Source: a virus
Taxonomy: Duplodnaviria > Caudoviricetes
DNA: 26,379 nucleotides
Reading direction: 5' to 3' (one strand)
Virus record (IMG/VR): IMGVR_UViG_3300033145_001738
Location: 1 to 26,379 of that record
Both the position numbers and the translations under genes were made by a program. Positions 1 through 6,165 of the stretch are shown here, one piece after another. Below the pieces are notes generated by a model, which did not search any database, was not told the DNA's origin, and was given only the letters and a program-made list of their open reading frames with translations. The stretch's first letter is position 1; each line of letters opens with the position of its first letter.

Positions 1-28
1 TATTTTCAATACTGCAAAAACACGCTTC

Positions 29-57
29 TTGACGCCTTAATATTTCTGTGCTACCAT
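29..57 (+). promoter_or_regulatory. sigma-A promoter of the tRNA
   Basis: TTGACG (29-34), 17-bp spacer, TG-n-TACCAT (extended -10, hexamer 52-57), about 70 bp upstream of the tRNA. Confidence 0.65.
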
Positions 58-126
58 TATGTTCACAATCTCTGATTAAAATCTTATTAAAATCTTAACA
101 ATAAGCCCAAAAAAAAGCCCAAAAAA

Positions 127-212
127 GCGGGCGTGGCGGAACGGCAGACGCGCTGGACTTAGGATCCAGTGGGGTTACACCCGTGGAGGTTCAAGTCCTC
201 TCGCCCGCACCA
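127..212 (+). tRNA. tRNA-Leu (anticodon TAG)
   Basis: Acceptor stem GCGGGCG/CGCCCGC, D-arm GGCGGAACGGCAGACGC, anticodon arm CTGGA-CTTAGGA-TCCAG, long variable arm, T-loop GGTTCAAGTCC, encoded CCA at 210-212. Confidence 0.97.
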
Positions 213-216
213 GGAA

Positions 217-253
217 AGAAAAGGGATTCGATTAGCGGTCGAATCCCTTTTCT
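217..253. terminator. Bidirectional intrinsic terminator between the tRNA and the XRE gene
   Basis: AGAAAAGGGATTCGA-ttagcgg-TCGAATCCCTTTTCT perfect inverted repeat, giving T-rich tails on both strands. Confidence 0.85.
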
Positions 254-267
254 GTTTGCAAATTTAA

Positions 268-287
268 TTTGACGGTCATTTTGACGG
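268..287. repeat. Tandem TTTGACGG direct repeats, putative tyrosine-integrase arm-type sites
   Basis: TTTGACGG at 268-275 and 280-287 (12-bp period), about 55 bp from the tRNA 3' end; function inferred from typical att architecture. Confidence 0.5.
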
Positions 288-521
288 CTTATCATCATCC
301 AAAATATAATTATATATTTCAGGAAACACATCTCTTACCCTTGTAAACCCCAAATATTTGATCACGCACATATTTTCATGAAATAGCCATTCATCCTCAC
401 CATTAATTTTCATTACCAACGTTTTTTCAGGTATATTTATCTCCTGGGATAGTTCGTGAATAGTAATTCCACGTTCTACCATTAATCCTTTAAGTCGTCT
501 ACTAATTATTGGCTTTATCAT
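276..521 (-). CDS. Small XRE/Cro-like helix-turn-helix protein
   Basis: RLKGLMVERGITIHELSQEINIPEKTLVMKING matches the XRE HTH pattern; ATG at 521 preferred over GTG at 533 because GAGGTG (536-531) lies 9 nt upstream. Confidence 0.85.
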   Translation of the reverse strand: MIKPIISRRLKGLMVERGITIHELSQEINIPEKTLVMKINGEDEWLFHENMCVIKYLGFTRVRDVFPEIYNYILDDDKPSK

Positions 522-558
522 TGATTCGACCACCTCTCTATTTAATTAATTAGTTAAT

Positions 559-587
559 ATTTTACACCAAACATATGTTCGATACAA
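559..587 (-). promoter_or_regulatory. sigma-A promoter with a LexA (DinR/Cheo) box in the spacer
   Basis: Minus strand TTGTAT (587-582), 17 bp, TAAAAT (564-559); spacer holds CGAACATATGTTTG (581-568), matching Firmicute CGAAC-N4-GTTYG. Confidence 0.75.
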
Positions 588-611
588 CCTTCTGTCTCTA
601 TCCTTTTTCAC

Positions 612-846
612 AGAACACCGCTGAACACTAGATGCTGCGTTCCCGAATAGGTGGAGATAGTGCCTCCGGCGACTAAGGGTGCATACTCTGTTCAGAGTGG
701 CTATACACCTGCACCCTGACAGTAACTATATTTACGCCGGCTGCTGTCGGCGGACCAGTATGCCCCGGCCTGGGCCTCGTAGAACTGACTGACGCTGAAC
801 GGTGATTTTTCCCAGTAGCGGGGCACCGTTCCCGACCCCGCTTTTT
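612..846 (-). ncRNA. Candidate structured non-coding RNA of unknown family (strand tentative)
   Basis: GC-rich island without a convincing ORF; nested stems 616-622/798-804, 666-671/735-740, 677-683/710-716, 685-689/694-698; hairpin 817-823/836-842 whose loop (824-831) is complementary to 797-804. Confidence 0.55.
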
Positions 847-851
847 AATTT

Positions 852-968
852 AAAAAACAAAAAACGGCTACACTAAAAATAGAACACGTTTTCATTTCGT
901 GCTTATTTTTTTTCAGTGCAGCCGTTTCGGCTGAATCTTTTTTCTATTCGGGTACCAGAGGCACCGCG
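852..968 (-). promoter_or_regulatory. Attenuator-like leader: two small hairpins, the second overlapping a long intrinsic terminator
   Basis: Minus strand GGTGCC-tct-GGTACC, then CAGCCG-aaa-CGGCTG, competing with AAACGGCTGCACT...AGTGTAGCCGTTT followed by TTTGTTTTTT; G-U pairs work on the minus strand only. Confidence 0.6.
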
Positions 969-989
969 TTTTTTTTTTAAGAATACTAT

Positions 990-1017
990 AGTTTAGCCAG
1001 TTATACTGGCCGGTCAA
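990..1017 (-). promoter_or_regulatory. Putative sigma-A promoter with a palindromic operator in the spacer
   Basis: Minus strand TTGACC (1017-1012), 16 bp, TAAACT (995-990); spacer holds GCCAGT-N3-ACTGGC (996-1010). Confidence 0.5.
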
Positions 1018-1068
1018 AGCTCTTTTTTCTTTACCGGTCTACACCGGGGGTTGTATAAGAACAATTAA

Positions 1069-1257
1069 TCATTTTGCCGCCTGCCCATCAACATAACTTT
1101 CACCAGCAATGAAGGCTATCAAACCACCCGTTACAGCGAAGTAAGCTTCCCGGTCTATTGGCGTGCCAGCAACTTCATTCAAAACCACAAACAGAAAATT
1201 AGCAAGGGCCATAAGAAACTTGCGTGATTTTAAACGGGTCCAGATGTTTCTTTGCAT
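1069..1257 (-). CDS. Putative holin (two hydrophobic segments)
   Basis: 62 aa, basic N-terminus SRKF, two TM-like stretches, GESYVD tail; directly after the endolysin; RBS GGAGTGGGG. Confidence 0.75.
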   Translation of the reverse strand: MQRNIWTRLKSRKFLMALANFLFVVLNEVAGTPIDREAYFAVTGGLIAFIAGESYVDGQAAK

Positions 1258-1988
1258 TATTTCCCCACTCCTCCCTGTAACTGTTTAGCCAGCCGTGCAA
1301 ACAACGTAAACGCCAACCAGTTAGGCATATGCTCTGCCAGCTTGTCCTCCCATTGCCGAGGGTTTTGGAGCAGGTCAATGCCAACTCCATCAGAAAGCTC
1401 TTTAACCGACTCTATACCTAACTGTTTTTGCCAGTCCTGAAGCACTTTGTCTGCCATAACTTCCATTACCTCCTTTTTAAATTCCTCCCATCCGGCTGGG
1501 TTTCGTACAAACCACCGGTGACAGTCCTTCCAGCCCACTACTTCCTGATGTAACCAGACATCGTGAAGTGGATCCAGCTGCCATTCAAAACAGAGGTCGG
1601 CCACCCTTAGTACCAAAGTTTTGTAAGTTTCTGAGGTCATTAGACCGTCCCAGTCTAAATGGCAGCACTCAATGCCATACAAGTGATAATTCGGGCTGTC
1701 CCCGACCCGTTCAAGGCATTCCCGGGTGTATGTTTTGCTCCCCACGTGATAAGCTACTTCGTTTTCAGGGATGCAAAGAACCACTTCGCCCTCAAGCCCG
1801 ATAATCTCATGGGATGAGGCATAAGCCCCTTGTAGACCGTTAAAATAATCGCGGTTATTACGGGCACTGGTGTTCGGATTTCCGACCCAGTGGATAACAA
1901 TACCCTGCAATTCTCCCATAGATTTACCCGGTCTGGAATATCTATTGTGATTCAACCAGGCTTGTATGAGTTTATACTCTTTCTTCAT
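1257..1988 (-). CDS. Endolysin, N-acetylmuramoyl-L-alanine amidase (Amidase_2/XlyA-like)
   Basis: Zn-amidase motifs IVIHWVGN, ASSH, EVAYHVG, GIECC, H...KDC; start probably ATG at 1988 after GGTGAGG (track start 1997). Confidence 0.92.
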   Translation of the reverse strand: MKKEYKLIQAWLNHNRYSRPGKSMGELQGIVIHWVGNPNTSARNNRDYFNGLQGAYASSHEIIGLEGEVVLCIPENEVAYHVGSKTYTRECLERVGDSPNYHLYGIECCHLDWDGLMTSETYKTLVLRVADLCFEWQLDPLHDVWLHQEVVGWKDCHRWFVRNPAGWEEFKKEVMEVMADKVLQDWQKQLGIESVKELSDGVGIDLLQNPRQWEDKLAEHMPNWLAFTLFARLAKQLQGGVGK

Positions 1989-2184
1989 ATTCCTCACCCT
2001 TTAACTTTGCTTTCCGGATCCCCGCTAGCATCCACAACTCCCCTGTCGTAAAAGCAAACCAGGCCGCTATGAGAGCTGTTGGCTCAGAACCAATCCGGAA
2101 AAACACATACAAAACAGCCCCGGTAAATCCTGTATTCAAGACTATTACCAGGGCCACAATTAGTTTTGAAAATCTGTTTTTTAT
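1972..2184 (-). CDS. Two-TM lysis-cassette membrane protein (holin/antiholin-like); start is ATA at 2184 or GTG at 2157
   Basis: Hydrophobic ORF; the frame extends upstream as ATA-KNRFSKLI directly behind RBS GAGGTGAGGAG. Confidence 0.7.
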   Translation of the reverse strand: MKNRFSKLIVALVIVLNTGFTGAVLYVFFRIGSEPTALIAAWFAFTTGELWMLAGIRKAKLKGEEYEERV

Positions 2185-2191
2185 GCTCTCC

Positions 2192-2410
2192 TCACCTCGG
2201 CAAACTCTGGATATACCAAATCAAAAACCCCCCTGCGCCCGTACACCAGGCTATCAGAAGGGCTTTCATCCAGGATATAAGATTATCTAATTTTTCGCAA
2301 AGCTGTTCAATCATAACACCCTGCTTTGCATCGTTGGTTTCTAAAGTCCTGATACGCTCAGCATGATCATTGAGCCGTATTTCGGCTCTTTCCTCGAAAT
2401 TCATTCTCAA
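2192..2410 (-). CDS. XhlA-family (hemolysin-like) lysis membrane protein
   Basis: Coiled-coil N-terminus (RLNDHAERIRTLE) plus one C-terminal TM ending GFLIWYIQ; first gene of the lysis cassette. Confidence 0.8.
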   Translation of the reverse strand: MRMNFEERAEIRLNDHAERIRTLETNDAKQGVMIEQLCEKLDNLISWMKALLIAWCTGAGGFLIWYIQSLPR

Positions 2411-2460
2411 TTATCCCCTCCCATGTTATAATTATCAAAAAGTTTAAGGAGGTCCTGAAC

Positions 2461-2958
2461 ATGAAGCGTTTTTATATTGGTCTTATTGGTAGCTTTATTG
2501 CCGGTCTAATCCTAGCGACCACCACCTTTGCACTTGCTGCTAACCAACCAATTAAGCTTATAGTCAACGGCACCGACATTACTTCCCAGTGCGATGTTCC
2601 TCCCCAAATAATCGACGGCAGGACTATGGTTCCTGTCCGCTTCGTTGCTGAGGCCTTGGGCGCCGATGTAGAATGGATAGCATCACAGCAAACCGTTAAA
2701 ATAACAAAATTAGATACAGCCGAAAATAAAACATTGATTGATCAAAATACTGAAAATCAAGTTGATAACAATGCTGATATTTTGATTGAAAGAAAAAATG
2801 GTCAGACCCAGGTAACAATACCACCACAACGAGCTGAAGGTAAAATGAATTCATCCGGAGCAATAGAATTACACCCTAAAGAAGATGGTGATGTTACCTG
2901 GGGCGGCGGGTACATCAAGCCTGAGCGTCCCAAAGAAAATACAGTTTATGCAGATTAA
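2461..2958 (+). CDS. Secreted protein with copper-amine-oxidase N-terminal (stalk) domain; moron
   Basis: Signal peptide ending FALA, motif DVPPQIIDGRTMVPVRFVAEALGADVEW; own TG-n-TATAAT (2424-2432) and AAGGAGG RBS; opposite strand to phage genes. Confidence 0.88.
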   Translation: MKRFYIGLIGSFIAGLILATTTFALAANQPIKLIVNGTDITSQCDVPPQIIDGRTMVPVRFVAEALGADVEWIASQQTVKITKLDTAENKTLIDQNTENQVDNNADILIERKNGQTQVTIPPQRAEGKMNSSGAIELHPKEDGDVTWGGGYIKPERPKENTVYAD

Positions 2959-3149
2959 CTATTTATTTTTTCTTCAAGAAGTGCTATTCTGCGCATTATT
3001 TCATTAATGATGGTTGCTTCATTTGCTTCATTAATTCCAAATTTATTTTGTTTTGCGTGTTGTGCTTTCTTTAACGGTGTATTAACGATATCTATTTTTT
3101 GCTGTCCACCCCATCTCGCATTCGGGTCTTTGTCTGCATGAATTGTCAT
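2955..3149 (-). CDS. Small hypothetical tail-associated protein
   Basis: 64 aa, RBS GGGTGG, C-terminal coiled-coil RRIALLEEK, follows the tail spike gene. Confidence 0.65.
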   Translation of the reverse strand: MTIHADKDPNARWGGQQKIDIVNTPLKKAQHAKQNKFGINEANEATIINEIMRRIALLEEKINS

Positions 3150-3164
3150 CTTGCACCACCCTTT

Positions 3165-5348
3165 TTAAGCAATAACTGTATATGAAAATTTTAAACCTTT
3201 AGCATAGAAATTTTGTTCTGTTTCTATAAAATCTCCATCAGGAAAAGTGTGGGTTCGTTTCCATTTGTTTTTTACTCTGTAGTAAGCTTTAACTTTGAAT
3301 CTGGGGGGACTTAATTGTTTTTCTACTACTTCTAAAACAAATTTAGGGTTCCCTACCAGATGAAACTCAACATCTCCCCCTACTATTTTATTAGGTATGT
3401 CGAAGCTGGTTATAGATAAAGTTACGTTGTAGTCAATCCCTGTCCACTCATCAGGCAAATTAATCCACAAATGAGGAATTTCAACTAATATATCAGCTTC
3501 AGTAATAAGATCCATGCCATTGTCTTCAGTTCTATTATCGCCAACCCCAAAATTTTGCCAACTTAAAGGTTTACAAACGTACCACCAATTCATGACTGGT
3601 TTATACCAATATACATCTGTTAAATAATTAAACGAATCTATACGATCTGACTCACCCGTTGTACTAGGAACCATTTCAACACCATTATAATACACATAAG
3701 TGTGGATATGACCCCCATACTGCATATTAGTTATGATACGAGAGTGATATTCAGTAGTCCATGTTAAATATCTAGTTAGACATAAGTAACATTCTCCAGT
3801 TGTTTCTGCTGTTCCAGAGTATACCATAAATAAATAATTTTTCTGCTGACCAGCTATATAACGCAATAGCCCGGCAGCAGATAAAAGTGTATAACTTCCA
3901 TCAGCATGTAATACCTTACCGCCGAACAGGTCTGCCCCTAGCTTCCCCCAATGTGCTTGCAGGTTTCCGGTATCATTGAAAACTTTTAGCCCCGTGTTAA
4001 CTAACATTGTAGTTTCATCGCTACTTATAATCTGAACTAACGCAGCATTTATTATTCCGGCGTTTATTTCATCGGCCGTAAACCCGTCGCCGGTGCCGAA
4101 AGTACGCCAGATCCAGTTGCCCTGAGCATCCTTACTGTTTGCCAGGGCAAAAATGCCGCCTTTAAGACTCAGAGCCTTTGTTGCATCCGCATTAGTAATA
4201 AGTATGCCGTCAGTGTCAGTGATGGTGATCTTTGATGTGTTCGCTACTAACTCATTCCGTAAAACGTCAATAATCCCATCTAACCAGGTGGTATTGAGTT
4301 TACCTGCATCAGTAAATGCCCTGTCAATGGTTTCCTTCGTGTCTTTTAATTTCCCCAGTTCGTCTTCTATGCCGGGCTTGAAATTAGCCAGCGTTACTCG
4401 GGAACGATGCGGCTCCAACGGGTAGCGCTCATATTCCACAACACGGGCTTTGATGTCGATTTTTAGATTTTCGTCAATAACCCGGATGTCATCCCCCAGC
4501 TCAAAGGCTTCCAGGGATCCATATTCGGCCAGGGTCTTTAGCTCGACCACATCTACCTCATAAGAGACAAAGGGTGTATCAAGAGTAACTAGGTGCTCCT
4601 GGGCATAAGCCAATAATTCTGCCGGATCCTCATGATCGGTTTTTATTTCCCCACACTTCGGCCTGCGCCAAAGACTGATATTCGAGCTGTCAATATAGGT
4701 TTTTCCATCGTTTATATCAGCAAAGGTAATGCCATCCCGGCCGTAGGCATATAACCGGGTAACGACTCCCCGAGTGTCTACTATACGCCGGATCTGTTTC
4801 AAGTTTTTTCGGTAGCGAAGCTGTACTCCATGATCAGTACCCCGGCGCTGGAGTAGGTGGACTGTCCAGTTGTCTGGCTGGGCCTCACCGCCCCAACGTT
4901 CAATGATGCGGTTGATTCCGGCCAATGGATTCATTTGGATAAAATAAGCTGTATTGGTACCAACTACGTCTACCGTTCCAACTGAAAAAGGGGTATCCTC
5001 CAGTACCCGGGTAAGAGCATATAGGGCTGTACAGTTTTCGGCTCGCTTATCTTCGATATAATCATCTATAAGCAGAAAAAAGATGTGTTCACATTGCACG
5101 TGTCGCCAAGCAGATAAGGAGTGTTCGTCCCCAATTTCACGGATAACAAAAAGCTGGTTGTCCATTTTAATAAAGTTTTCCTCGGCCAGATATTCCCACT
5201 TTGGATCGTCCACGGGCAAGGAAAAGGAGAGACCGAATTCTCCATTCAATCTCTCCCTGATACATACATCTTTCGCTTTCTCAAGTACTGCTAAACCAAA
5301 GTTGGTGAAGGTAGTTTCTAGTTTATCGTATACAATTGGATAGATCAT
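3165..5348 (-). CDS. Tail spike / Tal-like minor structural protein (prophage tail endopeptidase family) with AT-rich C-terminal extension
   Basis: Motifs NGLAVL-like start, YRKNL, VVTRLYAYGRDG, SYEVDVVEL, WRTFGTGDGFTADEINAG; position after Dit. Confidence 0.88.
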   Translation of the reverse strand: MIYPIVYDKLETTFTNFGLAVLEKAKDVCIRERLNGEFGLSFSLPVDDPKWEYLAEENFIKMDNQLFVIREIGDEHSLSAWRHVQCEHIFFLLIDDYIEDKRAENCTALYALTRVLEDTPFSVGTVDVVGTNTAYFIQMNPLAGINRIIERWGGEAQPDNWTVHLLQRRGTDHGVQLRYRKNLKQIRRIVDTRGVVTRLYAYGRDGITFADINDGKTYIDSSNISLWRRPKCGEIKTDHEDPAELLAYAQEHLVTLDTPFVSYEVDVVELKTLAEYGSLEAFELGDDIRVIDENLKIDIKARVVEYERYPLEPHRSRVTLANFKPGIEDELGKLKDTKETIDRAFTDAGKLNTTWLDGIIDVLRNELVANTSKITITDTDGILITNADATKALSLKGGIFALANSKDAQGNWIWRTFGTGDGFTADEINAGIINAALVQIISSDETTMLVNTGLKVFNDTGNLQAHWGKLGADLFGGKVLHADGSYTLLSAAGLLRYIAGQQKNYLFMVYSGTAETTGECYLCLTRYLTWTTEYHSRIITNMQYGGHIHTYVYYNGVEMVPSTTGESDRIDSFNYLTDVYWYKPVMNWWYVCKPLSWQNFGVGDNRTEDNGMDLITEADILVEIPHLWINLPDEWTGIDYNVTLSITSFDIPNKIVGGDVEFHLVGNPKFVLEVVEKQLSPPRFKVKAYYRVKNKWKRTHTFPDGDFIETEQNFYAKGLKFSYTVIA

Positions 5349-5375
5349 ATTATCACCTACTTCTTTTACTACCTC

Positions 5376-5407
5376 AAAAAGGACCAGTGTTTTATCCTGA
5401 TCCTTTT
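5376..5407 (-). terminator. Intrinsic terminator inside the tail operon
   Basis: Minus strand AAAAGGATCAG-gataaaaca-CTGGTCCTTTTT. Confidence 0.65.
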
Positions 5408-5428
5408 AAACTATTGCCACCCGTTAGT

Positions 5429-5647
5429 TTAAATCTTTTCATTAATTACTGCTTGAATATAAGGACCAAATCCTAAATTATTATCATCACTATATTGCTT
5501 TGCCTGCAATAAATCATCCTCTACAGATATAAACATATTTAAAAAATCAGTAATCACAGTTTCTATTCTTATCCCTTTTTTGATTTCGGGCCAAACAATA
5601 CTATCACCTATAACTGGTAAATTATTTCTTATAAATTGCTCTGTCAT
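5429..5647 (-). CDS. Hypothetical protein (AT-rich)
   Basis: 72 aa, ATGA overlap with the upstream gene, RBS GGGTGAG. Confidence 0.7.
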   Translation of the reverse strand: MTEQFIRNNLPVIGDSIVWPEIKKGIRIETVITDFLNMFISVEDDLLQAKQYSDDNNLGFGPYIQAVINEKI

Positions 5648-6165
5648 GCTCTCACCCCTTCAACAACCCTAATAATATCATGTTCCACTGTATCTTCATT
5701 TCTAAAAACTACATCTAAGCGTGAACCACCGGGTATTTCCACTTTTGCTATGCCCGATTCTCTACTAGCACTCGGCAATATATCAACATATGTCAAAACG
5801 CTTACCGTATCTTTAGCAATGCACTTCAAAAATATCCAATTAGTAAAAGTATCAGCAGACCAGAAACCTGCGCAAATATGAGTATAATTTGGATTATCCT
5901 CTGTAGGTATATAAACGTACAGAAAAGAACTTGCAGGTACGGTTACCGCTGCACTATCCTCATGTATTAACGTTCTACTGCCCGTTAGTTGAGCATCAAC
6001 TTCTGTCCTGCCATCAGCATTACACTTTTGCGGTACCCAAATACCGCTTGGATTTTGGACATAATTCTGCACCTTCTGCATCCACTGAGCTACGTTATCA
6101 TCATATACGCTATTAGTCTGGATATTTGACTGACTAAAATTTAATTCTTGACTGAATTGAGCCAT
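5644..6165 (-). CDS. Hypothetical tail/baseplate protein, possible receptor-binding or fibre subunit
   Basis: Beta-rich ORF between Dit and Tal; ATG at 6165 follows GAGAGGTGG (track start 6174). Confidence 0.65.
   Translation of the reverse strand: MAQFSQELNFSQSNIQTNSVYDDNVAQWMQKVQNYVQNPSGIWVPQKCNADGRTEVDAQLTGSRTLIHEDSAAVTVPASSFLYVYIPTEDNPNYTHICAGFWSADTFTNWIFLKCIAKDTVSVLTYVDILPSASRESGIAKVEIPGGSRLDVVFRNEDTVEHDIIRVVEGVRA

Noticed and set aside
76-128. Short duplications ATTAAAATCTT x2 and AAGCCCAAAAAA x2 in the tRNA leader
   Set aside because: Low-complexity slippage-type repeats with no supportable function
701-826. 41-codon minus-strand ORF (VPRYWEKSPF...GAGV) inside the structured element
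   Set aside because: GTG start buried in a hairpin, weak RBS and no recognisable motif; cannot be fully excluded
808-836. Cobalamin riboswitch-like words GGGAA-CGGTG and CCCCGCTACTG on the minus strand
   Set aside because: The intervening stems and the downstream B12 box are missing; the words are explained by the hairpin/pseudoknot
612-846. Known self-cleaving ribozyme, retron msr-msd, SRP RNA or T-box
   Set aside because: Core consensus motifs (hammerhead CUGANGA/GAAA, SRP GGAA loop, T-box GGTGGNACCGCG) not found, and no RT gene nearby
882-893. Second LexA-like box GAACACGTTTTC
   Set aside because: Right half-site is degenerate and it lies within the terminator hairpin, not at a promoter
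1199-1390. Alternative-frame minus-strand ORF overlapping the amidase/holin junction (possible embedded spanin-like gene)
   Set aside because: No convincing RBS, signal peptide or lipobox
600-5348. Diversity-generating retroelement (600-850 as template repeat for the tail spike C-terminus)
   Set aside because: No sequence similarity seen between the two regions, no AAC-rich template pattern and no reverse transcriptase in the window
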